A stretch of DNA of 64,000 nt from Paraspadella gotoi (taxonomy: Eukaryota; Animalia; Chaetognatha), in NCBI GenBank assembly GCA_051294375.1, contig CM119267.1, forward strand, positions 5,531,455 through 5,595,454. The letters run 5' to 3'. The notes under the pieces are model-generated. The model was not told the DNA's origin. It searched no databases and was given only the letters and a program-made list of their open reading frames with translations. The translations under genes were made by a program, and so were the position numbers. Positions 13,414-27,360 of this stretch are shown one piece after another (within the stretch, counting starts at the first letter, position 1; each line of letters begins with the position of its first letter).

Positions 13414-13832
13414 GGCTCTTCCCCTTTCCTTCTCTCTCCTTTTCCCCCCATTATTTTCTCTTCCTTCGACGCGAACGCCGGAAAAAAGGTAAGAGGGAGC
13501 TGGTTGTCTTTTATCTTTGTTTTGTATCTTCATCTAGTGATACTTTTTCGTTGCTCTCTTTTGTTTCTATTGAAAGTTTACTTCTTCCCCTCCCATTTTT
13601 TGTCTCTTAGTCCGCTCGTAAATTCTCGTCTCTCTCTCTCTCTCTCTTCCTTCCTCTCTCTCTACCTCTCTCTCTCTCTTCCTCTATCTCTCTCAATCAT
13701 CTACTCTCTCTTCATCTCTCTATCTCTCTCATCTCATTATCTTTTCTTCAACGCTTAACGTTGAATTCAGGCCCTTCTATTTTCCTTTCTTCTATTCCCT
13801 CCACTTTTTTTTGAAGCAGAATCCTCTCTTCT

Positions 13833-13907
<75 letters not shown>

Positions 13908-15350
13908 CTCTCTCCATCTTCTCTCTCCTCCAACCAGACGTACCGCCGCCCGTGACCCTGGACTCAAGTATAAATAATAACTCTAAGCCCTCTCTTCGCG
14001 TTCCATAGTGAGCGTGTAACGTGACGGGCCAGTGTCTCCACTTTGCCGGTTCTTACCTGTGCTCCCTCGACAATTTCTTTCTTGCGTCACATTTTTGTAT
14101 CGATTTTATGCGCTTCAGATTTCGGTACATTGTTGACGTCATCTCTTTGCGCCAATTTCTTTTCTTTTGCGTCACTTATCTCTCCAGTATGTTAGCCATT
14201 TTTACGACGACGAAGTAGTTTCTTTGTCCTCAAATTTCGTCTTTATTTTCCCCGATGGAATTTAGAATTTACCTCGTCCAGGTTCCAATTACCATAAGAT
14301 CAGCAACCGGACTACGCAGATTTCTACGCCACTCAAGCCACTTCATGATTATGTTCAGCCCCTCTTGCCTTTCACCGAGAAACCCTATCTAACAATCCAT
14401 ACGATTCAAAGATTTGAAAATATACAAACTGGACAAAATTTAATTGTTTATTAAAAATACATTCTTGTTTCCTAAAATTTCGTTAGTATTTAAACTGCCT
14501 TGTTTTCTATCAGCCTAATAGAAATCAGAGTTGCCTGACATCCTCTTGAATTCCGACAAATTTTCGTCAAAAGACGTCCACGCCCTCTCCGTTACGACCC
14601 CTTCACGCTTCTGGTCACAATTTCACAACCTCACACCATCTCCGAGAGGTTCTCCATACCACTTCAGCCCGATCGTCATTTCTATAATCTATCCACTCCC
14701 TTAACCCTGCTCCTTCCAACCTATGCAACCCTACTCCTTTAGGTCCCACTCCACAACTCACTGTGACCTCGGCTCGCTGCCCCGTCAACATTCCCTCACC
14801 TTATTTGAGGTCTTGTATAACGCGTCCGTTTTAGAAAAAGAAAGGCTCTCCTCTCTCTCTCTCATCTCTCTCTCTCTTCTCTCTCTCTTCTCTGCTCTCT
14901 CTCTTCTCTCTCTCTCTCTCTCTCTCTCTTATCTCTCATTCTCTCTCTCCTCTCTCTCCTTGCTCTCTCTCTCTTCATCCGCGCTCGGGTGAGAAAAAAA
15001 AATCGAACAGAGAAGGGAACGAATCGAAAAGGAGAGAAAGAAAAAACAAGGAAGGGAAAGGACCATCCTGCGGCGCCAGCCTCCCCGCTTGATCGCTCCA
15101 TGCATGCCGACCTTGAGGATGTGTGGTATGCTTGCTGCCGGGCCTGTCCGCTGTCGAAGCCCGCGTCTATTCGATAGTTGACCTACCGTCACTCCGATGT
15201 TCCGTAGGAGCAAATTCTCTTCGTTGCCAGCAGCCGGAAGTGCTGGAAAATTGCTGCTTAACTCCTGGGGATCTCGCGCGACTGTTACAAGCTGACCCAG
15301 GATCTCCTCTTCTTCTCATCTCTCTTTCTCTTCTTCTCTCTCTCTCTCTA
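10866..15350 (+). repeat. Inverted duplication 1, left arm
   Basis: Reverse complement of 17483-21181. For example, caatgctttgatatttaatattaaaatatc (~10941) matches gatattttaatattaaatatcaaagcattg (~21087), and ccttatttgaggtc (~14799) matches gacctcaaataagg (~17963). Confidence 0.95.
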
Positions 15351-16000
15351 ACTCTCTCTCTTCCTCTCTCTCTCTCTCTTCTCCTCTCTCATCATCTCTC
15401 TCTGATCTTATGACGTATGCGTTTATAAGTAAAGTCGGTAAGGGAAAGAACTCACTCGAGCGCTAACATCTCCATTACCGTTTAGTGTCTTTCTTTGCTT
15501 CTCCTCTCTCTCTCTCTCTCTCTCTCTGGCTCTCTTCTCTCTCTCTCTCTCTCTTCTCTCTCTCTATCCTCTCTTCTCTCTCTCATATTTTTCTTTCATT
15601 CCCTCATTCTTCTTCTCTATTATTCTAAGCCTCAACTTTCGTTCTTCTTTCCTTAGGTTCCTCTTTATATTCGCTTGTTTTCTGGAATTTCCTTTCCTGT
15701 ACATTTATTTCTCTTCTTTTTCTTAATTATTGCAATTTCTCCCTCTCTCTCTTCTCTCTCTCTCTCTCCTCTCTCTCTCTCTTCTCCTCTCTACTCTCTC
15801 TCTCTCTCTCTCTCTCCAGACGTCTCTTTTGTTCATTTTTTCTCTCTACTCGGCCTACGTTTCAGTTATCCAGACTTAGTTGAGAACTGTATTTTTGCTT
15901 AGACTTTTTAAAAACTTGCGTTTTTCTTTTTTTGTTTTTTTTTAAACATCGTCTTAGATTATATTACCGATCATCGATTCACTCTGCCTCTCTCTCTCTC

Positions 16001-16045
<45 letters not shown>

Positions 16046-16289
16046 TCTCTCTCATCTCTCCTCTCTTCTCTCTCCACCCTAACCATTTCTCTAGGCATCA
16101 TTGCTTCGAATAAAAATCTGTTAGCCTCCACCCGATCGGGACACCCCGATCTTTCTTTCTACCCTTCTTTCGTTATTTCATTCTCATTATCCCTTACCCA
16201 GACAAAAACTCTACTCACCTTTCTGCTTAATACTATTTTCTTCTTTAATTTTTTTTCGTTCTTTTTAACCAACCTTCCTATTTTTTTCC

Positions 16290-16560
16290 CCTTAGGGTTT
16301 AGGGTTAAGGATTTGATTAGGGTCAGGAGTTAAGGATTAGATCGGGGTTAAGGATTAGTTTAGGGTTAGGGTTAAGAAATTAGAATTAGGGTTAGTGAAG
16401 AAAATAGTACGCCTCGCCAGCCCATTAATTTTTCCGGCTCTCTCTTTTCTTCTTCTCATACATTTTCGAGAGAGGAGTAAACAGTCTCACAGTGTTAGGG
16501 TTTAGGGATGGATTAGGATTAGTTGAGTAAGGGTTAGGGTTAAGGATTTAGATTAGAGTT
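16290..16560 (+). repeat. Degenerate TTAGGG/TTAGG-like repeats in two patches (~16290-16396 and ~16494-16560)
   Basis: Scattered ttagggtt, ggttaagg and ttagggttagggtt units; not a pure telomeric array. Confidence 0.7.
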
Positions 16561-17154
16561 TACAATGTGTACATATTCCTTCTCTCTCTTTCCGCTATCC
16601 TTTTTTAACTTTCCCGCCATTCTTAATATTCTTTTCTTCTTTCACTCCCCTCCCTCTCCCTTCCTCCCCTCTTCCCCTTCCCCCTCTTCTCCCTCTTTCT
16701 CCCCCTCCTTCTCCCATCTTCCCCCTCTCTTCCCACGGAACTCAGCTTCGATTCTGTGGACTAAAAAAAAAAAAACCGGAAAAAAAGAAAGAAAGAAAAA
16801 AACAAGAAAAGGAAAAAAACGCAGGTTCAGCAGAATTTCGACGACGTACGACGAGATCGGCGACGCACGCGAAAACGCACCGCGCGCTGACTCAAAGGAG
16901 AGTCCTGCGGCGCGCTGAGAGAGAGAGAGAGAAGAAGAGACAGGACGATGAGTAGAGAGAGAGAGATGAGAGAGAGAGAAGAGAGAGAGTGAGATGGAGA
17001 GAGAGAGAGGAGATGAGAGAGAGGAGGAAGAGAGAGAGAGAGAGAGGTTGCAGGTGAGATGAACGAGAGAGCTCGCGCGCGGGTGCACTGTCTGCGGTAC
17101 GTGTGAGCGAAAAAAGGACAGAACAACAAAAACACGCCCCCCAGACTTTCGTTC

Positions 17155-17248
<94 letters not shown>

Positions 17249-17482
17249 CTCTCTCTCTGATTTGGTGTGGGTCTCTCCCCTTCCATTCGCTTCTAAAACT
17301 GTTGGTTTTTAAGCTTCTTTCCCCCCTCGCCCGCCCAACAATTGCCGTTCCAATCATTGCCATTTTTCTATTCCTTCATCGTCGCGCTAAAATCGCCATC
17401 CATCGAATGGCAAGTGGCCTCTTGAAACGTTGGGAGGTTGTGTCAAGCCGCCACCGCNNNNNNNNNNNNNNNNNNNNNNNNN

Positions 17483-19242
17483 GAGAGAGAGAGAGAGAGA
17501 GAGTCTGGGCAGCTTGTAACAGTCGCGCGAATCCCCAGGGTTACCGCAATTTTCCGCAACTCGGCTGCTGCAACGAAGGAATTGCCCGGAAACATCGGAG
17601 ACGGTAGCGTCAACATCGAATAGACGCTTCGACAGCGGCAGCCGGCAGCAGCATCCACAACATCCTCAGCGGCAGCAGGAGCGACAGCGGCTGCGCCGAA
17701 TGTCTTTCCCTTCCCTTTTTTTTCTCCTCTTTACGATTCGTTCTTCGATTTTTTTTCCCCCGNNNNNNNNNNNNNNNNNNNNNNNNNNNNNNNNNNNNNN
17801 NNNNNNNNNNNNNNNNNNNNNNNNNNNNNNNNNNNNNNNNNNNNNNNNNNNNNNNNNNNNNNNNNNNNNNNNNNNNNNNNNNNNNNNNNNNNNNNNNNNN
17901 NNNNNNNNNNNNNNNNNNNNNNNNNNNNNNNNNNNNNNNNNNNNNNNNNNNNGCGTTTATCAGACCTCAAATAAGGTGAGGGAATGTTGACGGGGCACGA
18001 GCCGAGACAGTGAGTTGTGGATGGGACCTAAAGGAGTAGGGTTGCATAGGTTGAAGGAGCAGGGTTAAGGGAGTGGAAGATTATAAGTCGGGAAGTGGAT
18101 CGGAGATGGTGTGAGGTGTGCAAATTGTGACCAGAAGCGTGAAGGGGTCGTGAACGGCGTCTTTGACGAAATTTGTCGGAATTCAGAGGATGTCAGGAAA
18201 CTCTTTGATTTCATTAGGATGATAGAAAAAGAGTTTAATTCTAACGAAATTTAGGAAACAAGAATGTATTTAATAACAATTATTTTGTCAGTTTGTATAT
18301 TTTCAATCTTTGATCGGTATGGATTTAGATAGTTCTCGTGTGAAAGGCAGAGGGCTGAACATAAAATGAGTGGCTTGAGTGGCGTCAGAAATCTGCGTGA
18401 GTCCGTTGCTGATCTATGGTAATGGAACCTGGAACGAGGAATTCTAAATTCCATCGGGGAAAAAAGACGAAAATTTGACAAAGAACTACTTCGTAAAAAT
18501 GGCTAAAACTGGAGAGATAGTGACGCAAAAGATAAAGAATTGGCGCAAAAGATGACGCAAAATGTACCGAAATCTGAAGCGCATAAATCGATCAAAAATG
18601 TGACGAGGAAAAGAATTGTCGAGGGCATAAGCAAAGGTGAGACACTGCCGCTCACTATGGAACCGAAGAGAGGGCTTAGAGTTATTATTATATTGAGCCA
18701 GGGTCACGGCCGGTCATGGCCTACGTTGTTGGGAAGGGGAGAGCGAGAGAAAGAGAAAAGAGAGGAGAGAGAGAGAGAGAAGAGAGAGAGAGAAGAGAGA
18801 GAGACGAAGAGAGAGAGAGGAGAGAGGAGAGAGAGAGACGAGAGAGATTCTGCCTTCAAAAAGTGAGGATTTAAAGAAAGAACAGATAGATAGAAAGGGC
18901 CTGAATTGAACGTTAAGGTTTTGAAACGAAAAAAACGAGAGAGAGAAGAGGAGAGAGAGAAGAGAGAGAGAGAGAGAAGAAGAGAAAGAATGAGAGAGAG
19001 AAGAAGAGAATTTACGAGCGACTAGAGACAAAAGGAGGAAGAGTAAAACTTTCAAAGAAACAAAAGAGACACGAAAAGACCAAAAGTGAAAGACAAAAAG
19101 ATAAAAGACAACCGCTCTCCCTTTTCGTCGTCGGTGTCGAAGGAGAAGAAAAAATCGGGGGAAAGAGAGAGAGGAAGGAGAAGAGCGAAAGAGGAGAGAG
19201 AGAAGAGGAGAAGAAAGAGCAGAGAGAGAGAGAGAGGAGGAG

Positions 19243-19284
<42 letters not shown>

Positions 19285-20064
19285 CCTTCGCTGAATATCG
19301 ACGATTCTCTCTCTGTTTTTTTTGTGTTTTTTTTAAGTTGTCTCTGTTTTCGTTTTCGTTTCTCGTTTTTCGGTTGACAAATGAAAATGAAAAGAAAGAG
19401 AAACAGAAACACGAAGTCGACGATGGAAAATGAAGTTTTTTTTTTAGAAGAGGAAAGAGAGAAAGTCGATTAAGTAAATGATTTGATTGATTGATTGATT
19501 TTGTGATTTATTTGTTTTAAAAGTCAAACATAATATTCAAAAATTAAAACTTCAAAAAGAGAACTTTTAATAAATGGACGAAAACATGATGAGCGTGTCA
19601 GAGACGTGGATGAGCAATTGGGGCTGTAGAACAACGATGACGACGACTAAGACAACAAAGACGACGATTTCAAAAGCGATGACGATGACTCATGACCATG
19701 ATGATTTCTAAGAAATGAAGATGACGACCAAATCGACGACGATAGGGAGACGATAATGACAACGAACAAAAGGACGACGAAGACGACGACGATGATGACG
19801 ACCATTGCAACATCGATGACGACGACGACGACGACCGATACGACGACGACGACGACGGCGACGACGACGACCCAGGCAACAAACCACATCCTTCGCGCTC
19901 GGCGTGGCGAGAAGACAAAAGTCAATAAACCGCGAAAGGCGAAACAAAATCCGGTAATGGAGTCCGACGTCTGGCGTCAAAAATGGATCGACGCTCGTGG
20001 ATTAAGTTTCGCTCGGATGATCCCCGAACTTTTTATCGGTTCAATCGAAAACGGATTGGAATCG

Positions 20065-20100
<36 letters not shown>

Positions 20101-21181
20101 AGAGAGATGCACTTTTGGGAAAATTAAAGGTTTTTTAAAACTTATTTTCATTTTTGTTAAAATGTTTATTAGTTTCGTTCTGAAATCACTTGACTTAGGA
20201 GTAACGGTTTTTGCGTAAGAGTGACGTTACGCTGAGGCGGTAGACGGATAATTCTCTTGTCAAGACAGACGGAAAAGAAAGTCAATCGCCAGACTGTGAT
20301 AATACACCATAACGTCTCTTTTATAGTAGAGGCGGGTGATGTATAAAGATTTATACTTTGCTGAATAAGTGGCAGGATTTTCTGCCATGTTTTCCTAATA
20401 CGCCCCTTTTCTGCATAATCATATCGGTAGAACAATCTTAAGGCCCAAAAATATTAAAATATAAAAAATACAAATATTAGCCTTCGACCCCTCGGGTCAC
20501 TGGTTCCCCTTAAATTATCATTAACCTTGATAATCAATTTATTATCAATTTATAATCAATTTATCTATAGAAATATATTGTTATAGATTTATTTTTAAGT
20601 ATTAGAGCTAGGAATATGTTATGGAATAGAGTTAAGCAATATGGTTTCACAAAAAGAAAAAAATTACAAAAAGAATTAAACAAAAGAAAAGGGACGCTTT
20701 TGGAAAATAGTGGCGGATTTTCAAGTCAGGATCCGTTGGTGAAATAAAGGGAGAGGTCAATCGCCCCCACGCGTCGTCGGACAGCGAGAGAAAGATTTAT
20801 TTTTATGTCTGCAAGATTTTGAAGTCGAGAACCAAAAAAAAAAGAAAGAAAGAAAAATAGAGGCAACCGTCCAGTAAATCTCATAAATCTCGAATCTCAT
20901 AAATCTTAAATCTCTAAAATGGAAAAAAAAATAGGCCTCTCGGCGTTTATTTTTTTTATTTATATTATTTAAATTTTAGGTTATAAATATTCAAGAATGT
21001 CATTGATAAGAATTGTTTTGAGAACAAACTATTTTGTCGAAAAATCGGATGCCACTTTATTAAGGTATAATGGCTTCACAGATGAAGATATTTTAATATT
21101 AAATATCAAAGCATTGTTTAAGTCAGAACAATAATCTAATTTTCGAGTTCAAGCACCGCTCAAGTTTTATTTTATTTTTTT
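17483..21181 (-). repeat. Inverted duplication 1, right arm (contains the 190-N gap 17763-17952)
   Basis: Starts immediately after the 25-N gap. cagcttgtaacagtcgcgcga (~17510) is the reverse complement of tcgcgcgactgttacaagctg (~15275). Confidence 0.95.
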
Positions 21182-22089
21182 CACATTTTTTTTTAAATTT
21201 AAAAACTCAGAAACGTCGCGTCAAATATGAAAAATATTTAAAAAAAAAATAAAAAAAAGGAAAAAATCCCGAGCGACGACCCATTTCTCAGTAGGACGAT
21301 GAAATTTATTTCGAACAACAACAACTACAGTAACAACAACAACAACATCATCAGGATGGATTCAGAGCGATAAAGGGATATGCATCGTTTGAATTTTAAC
21401 GACGCTCGTGGCGCCACCGCTCCTGGGCGAAGCAACGAGATTCGCTTGACTAAGACGACGACGACGACGACGATGATTGCGGCGAATGACGACGACGACG
21501 ATGATTGCGGCGAATGATGATGCCGATGGTCACCGCAACGAGCGACAATGACAACGACGATTGCAGTGAACGACAATAACGACGATGACATCGGCGAACG
21601 ATGACGACGACGACGACGATAATTACGTCAACGCAATTTGGGCGAATTAAATATGCGACGAATTACAACATTCTCGATGAAAAGGAATTAATAAAAGGCT
21701 CATTGCCAAAACGTCTACCACGGATAAAATTGGGAATGGAATCCATTGCCAACGGCTTTGCCTTTGGCATTTTTTGAATTCGCGGAAATTAATGTCATCT
21801 GATTGGAAGAGGAAATTTATGAAAGACTTTGTGACAACGAAATTGAGGAGACTGTTGCTACAACATCATCTACGACACCAACATCAACTCAACAGCAACT
21901 ACAACAGCGACAACAAGAGCAATAACAACAGTAACGACCACAATAGAACAGACTACAACAGAAACAACAATTCATACAACGGCAGCAGCAACAATAACAG
22001 CAACACTACAACAGCAGGTAAAAAGAGGAGTAACTAACGACAAAAACAAAAACAACAAAATAAACAACAACGACGACGACGGCGGCGAC

Positions 22090-22144
<55 letters not shown>

Positions 22145-23401
22145 ACGAGGTAAACTTCGCGAGAACCAATCAGTAGAATCGAAGCGATTATCCGATTCTG
22201 AGATGAAAGAAGATTCAGAAAAAAAATGAACGTAGAAAAAAAAAAACAAGGGAAAAACGGTTTGAATAAGAAAGAAAAACAGGGAAAACAGTATGAATGA
22301 GAAAAAAACAATAAAAACGGAATGATAAAATAAACAATAAAAATAGTTTGAATTAATAAAAAAACAATAAAAACAGTTTGAATGAGAGAGAAACAATAAA
22401 ATCAGTTTGAATGAGTTTTAAGGTTTAATTGGGAGAAAGAAAAAAGTAAATAAACGATCGGTTTACAAACAGAAGAAGGGGGGGTGTGGATTAAACTTCA
22501 AAGGATCGCGAGACAACGACGCTGAACGAACAAATGAACAGTTTCAATAACAAACCAACGAGGACGAAATTTCTATTAAAACATTCTACTTTACAAACAA
22601 AAAATAGGAATTAAAAAAGAGAACAATGTGAATAAAAAATCTACACACAAAAAAAAACGAAAAAATGACAGGAAAAAAAACTTCGAAATGCCGAAGATAA
22701 AAATAAAGATTTCACTTCTTTAAACGAATTTTTTTTCCCCTTTCAGATCCCGAAAAGAGAAAAAGGTTTTTTTTTCTTCTCGCGGCTCGGAAATTTCATA
22801 AATCGAGTGAAAATCTCTCGGCAAAGTTAAAACCTTAAATTTTAAATTAAAAGTTCGGAATTCGAAGTTAAAAAGACACACGTTTAAATTTGATTTAATT
22901 TGCTATAAACAATTGTCGGTAATAATTCACTAGGTTTTTTATAACTGTTTTTAACCAGGTATACGAACCATTAACCAAGTACGGTTAAAATATATCGATA
23001 ATTGCATTTGCTCCAGATAATTGTCGCCGCATTGTGAGAGTTCTCTTACCTTTTCTCCATTTATCACAATCAAAGGTGTACTCGGGCCTGGAGCTCCGGA
23101 ATGGAGCATTAAAAAAACGATCTCTTGACATGGACGGGAGAGACGGGGAGAGCAGAGACGAGAGAGAAGTAGGAAAGAAGAGAGAGACGAGAGAGAGAGC
23201 ACGAGATTGTAGATCTGAGTAGAGAGAGAGAAGAGAGAGAGAGAGCAGAAGAGAGAGAGAGAGAGAGAGAGTTGGTTTTTTAAAAAAATCAGTCATTCTC
23301 CTTTTCATCTTTCAGCTCTTTTTAAAAACTATTTGTTTTTGTTATGAATGCCGAAAAAAGGCACAGGAAATCTCTGCAATTTCGCGTTCAGCTTCTCTCT
23401 C

Positions 23402-23466
<65 letters not shown>

Positions 23467-23955
23467 GCGTCTTTCTTCATTAAACGGGCAAATCCTAGGA
23501 ATTAAATTTGGGGCTCTAAGCTCTCCCGCCTCATCTCAACTCTGAGTTCCGGACTGGAAAGGTAGGAGGGAGAGAAGGGAGGGAGAGAGGGTAGAGGGAG
23601 GGAGGAGAGAGGGAGAGGAGGCGGGAGGAGAGGAGAAAGAAGATAGTGGGTAGTGAGGGAGAACAAATGGGAGGCATGAAAAACGTGGAAAAAAATTTGA
23701 ATGAGGGTGAGCAGCTCGATGAAGAGGATGAGAAAAATTACAGAAAGCATTAAAAAAGGGATAACAGAAAATAAGACAAGGAATACATAAAAGAAAGATT
23801 GAAAGGGGGGGAGAAAATAACAGAAAAAAACAGATTTAGAGAAAAAATAAGCAAGTTAGAAGAAAGGAAAGAATAGAGAAGAGCAAGAGAATGAAGAGAG
23901 AGAGATGATTGGAAAGACTAGAGAGGAGCAGAGAGAGAGAGAGATTGAGAGAGAG

Positions 23956-23986
<31 letters not shown>

Positions 23987-24928
23987 TGAGATGATAATTT
24001 CCAGCAAAGAAGAAAACGGGAAAAGTCGGAAAAGGAATATACAACGAAGGAGGTGAAGTGTGAGGAGAAGATAAAAAAACGAACTCGACATCATCCCGTC
24101 GTAAACAACATCGTCAAAACACACGAAACAGTACACTCCGCGGTTTTTCTTTCTGTTTTACAGCGCATCTTCTACGACATTGTTGATGCGGGAAAAAAAG
24201 GAAGATGAATATATATACTGCATAGACACATGATAAGCACAAAGAATCACGAGCAACAAAAATCATACAAGTATAAATGCCGCGATCCAGTATGTGACAC
24301 ACCATTCTTTTCGGCGGCCATGTTATAATTTAATTAATTATGTACTTATCACTTATGCTCTGTAAGTATTATTACCAATATGATTTTTTTTCTTATCGTA
24401 CTGAGCCTAGTAAAATAGCGGGGAAAATATCAGGTGATCGCAAACGGCGTCCGCGCAGAGACACTTGGATCGGAATTACCTCGGTGTAAGGAAATGCCGC
24501 TAGCTTTTTAGCTTTTTTCAGGCGAATTTCCCCCCCTCTTCTCTCTCTCTTTCTCTCTTCATCCTTAGCTACTTAACCACTCAAATCTTCACACTCCCAC
24601 CCATTCACGCCATTCTGGCCCACCCCCCTTTCCACAAATGTCTTCTTCTTTCCTTCTCTCTTCTCTTCCACCACCCCACACTCTCCTCACCAATCCCACC
24701 CCTCTTCACTCCCCCCTCCCCTACCGCCCCCGCCCCTCCCCTCTACCCCCCATCCCCCTGATCAAGGAAACAATCGCGTAATGGAAAAAAAAGTTTAGGG
24801 TCAATTTTCGGAGGTAAATTGTATCTGCTAACGAGGGGCGACGCCGGCGCGGCGGTCGAGGCTAATTACGACCCCGAGAGCCGAGATGACGTCTCTGATT
24901 ACGAAGACAGCGAGGGCGCGAGGCGCGA

Positions 24929-24963
<35 letters not shown>

Positions 24964-25793
24964 TAGCTATACTGATTACCGAGATGGGCGACGGCCGAAG
25001 ATAACGACCCGGATTACGACGATCGTGATTGCTGATCGTGATCACAAATATCCTCGTGATTTCTCACGATGATGGCGACGACCGGATTTGTTGCCGCCTC
25101 CGTAATGGTGAGGGGTCTTGATGTGACGCAAATGTGATGAGAATGTGACGCAAATGCGGCAAAGATTGAACGTCAACGCAACAGCAACATTTTCGTTGTC
25201 ATCGATCGTCATTGACGTTTTTGTCAATAACAATGATTGAATGGATACTTTTATATAGGTTGTACCATTTATATAACAGTCAGCTCTTTGAACGTATGCT
25301 GAGTATAATATAGTGCGGAGTATAATATAATAGTATTCCCATATCTAATACTTAAGCGAGTGGTCCTTTTATACAAAACGCAGTTCATAAAAACATAAAA
25401 CCACTTCATTGATAGGGAAGCCAGGTTCTCTGGGAGTTAAAACCTTTCTAGAGTCTAGACTGTTAGAGTCTTTAGATTGAAAGAATTTGCTGACAACACA
25501 AACTAGAAACATTGACAATCAAAGTCGGCGATAGCGATGAACGACAAAAATGATGACGTCGACAACAACGACAAAAACGACAACGACGACAACGACGAAA
25601 ACGGTCGACGATTAACGAGTTGAGAAGAAGCCTCTTCTTTTTGAATTTCTCATCTCGACGGATTTTTCTTCGGACAGGAGCAGCTCTCTCTCTCGGCGAG
25701 TTAAGACCACGGCCACTTCACTGCTCTCTTCTCTCTCTCTTCTCGTTTCGTCGCGTCTGCGTTCGTGGCGTCTCTCCTCTCTCTCTCTCTCGC

Positions 25794-25829
<36 letters not shown>

Positions 25830-26237
25830 ATCTCTCCGTCTCTCTCCTCGCCTGGCGCATTAGCCTTTTCGCCTCGCCCCCGATCAGCATTCTCGTTAGG
25901 CGTCGCCGCCCGAGTTTTTTTTTCTCTCTTCTAAATCTCATTCTCTCTCAGGAAGCTCGGAAGTTAAAAGATTTTCTCCGATTTTCTCCTCTCTCTCTTC
26001 TCTCCTCTCTCTCTCTCTTCTTCTCTCGTCGGCGTCCTCGTCTTTTTACTCGCTCTCTCTCTCCTTCGTCGTCTCTCGATTCTTGCTCTCCTGCTCCTCT
26101 CTCTCTCGTCTCTCTTCTCCTCCTTCTTCTCTTCCTTTCCTTTCATCACCTCGATGCCTCAAGAAGTGGGATTTTTTGCATGAAGCCGGGCGTACCTTTG
26201 AAAAAAAACACTGAGAAGAGAGAGAGAGGAGAGCGAG

Positions 26238-26276
<39 letters not shown>

Positions 26277-27059
26277 AGCCGAAGATGAGTGCATATGAGA
26301 GAGAGAGAGGGAGAAAAGAGTTTGATCGAGAAGAAGCNNNNNNNNNNNNNNNNNNNNNNNNNNNNNNNNNNNNNNNNNNNNNNNNNNNNNNNNNNNNNNN
26401 NNNNNNNNNNNNNNNNNNNNNNNNNNNNNNNNNNNNNNNNNNNNNNNNNNNNNNNNNNNNNNNAGGGTGGAGGTGAGGGTTGAGGGGGGATATGGGGAGC
26501 TGTGCGCCGTTCGGAATCGACGGGGTAGTGTGATGTCAGTAAGAGAGCTAAAGTGTTATTAAGCGGTGAAAGAATAAAAGCGTCAAGTGGTGAAAGAAGG
26601 GAGTGAAAGACGAAGGGTCGATTCGTCGTCATCTGGGAAAAATCGACTCTGACCACAAAGGCGCTTGGGCTCGCCGCTTCGCCGCCGCTTCGCCGCCGCC
26701 TCGCCGCAGAGTGGCCGCCCACTCGCCAGAGTCCGGCCCCGACCCGGTCCCCGGGCCGATGCTTGGCCTCCTCTTTCGACCGTTTCCCCCCCCCTCTAGA
26801 ATATTAATGTGGCCCGTGGAATTCCTAGTCGGACAGACGGAGGGACGGACAGATGGCCGGATCGCGGGAGGACGGGCGGTACGGGAGCGAAACTCGAGCG
26901 AAATGTCACAGATTATATATTTTGACGATGACAGACACGGAAAATCTTGAGCTCGTTTTCACAACTTGATGGGTGAAATCTCGTCTCACTGGAAGCGTCG
27001 TCGGGCATTGCAATAAGCCCCTGATTCATTAGGAACCGGGATCCATCCCCAATTGTACC

Positions 27060-27360
27060 TACGCAGAGGAAAGCGGACGGCCGTAATCCGCCTTGGGAGC
27101 CTGGAATACCCTCGCTCTGGTTCAAAGCACAGGACCCATTCCATGGTTGCTAAAGGGTTTGAAGAAGTTGAGGAAAACACTCTTCAGCCCAATTTTCCAC
27201 AGAAGCAGCAAGTGCGATCAGGAATAGTCTGAACCAGGACGTCGATCAAAAGAATTGATAAACCCTTATGATGGGTTGTTGCTGGAAAACCGGATATCGC
27301 CATTGAATTCCATTGCCAGGATTTCTTCCATCTGTGAACTGGCACGAACCTGGATGTTCG
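27060..27360 (+). mobile_element. Possible degenerate Ty3/gypsy LTR-retrotransposon gag-like fragment, frameshifted
   Basis: Ordered peptide pieces across frames: PPWEPGIPSLWFKAQDPF (from 27088), EAASAIRNSL, NPYD (27261), CELAR (~27333). By eye these resemble the LPPFW..P.LWF...EAQF / NPY / ELG pattern of invertebrate gypsy-associated gag N-termini. No search was run. Confidence 0.3.
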
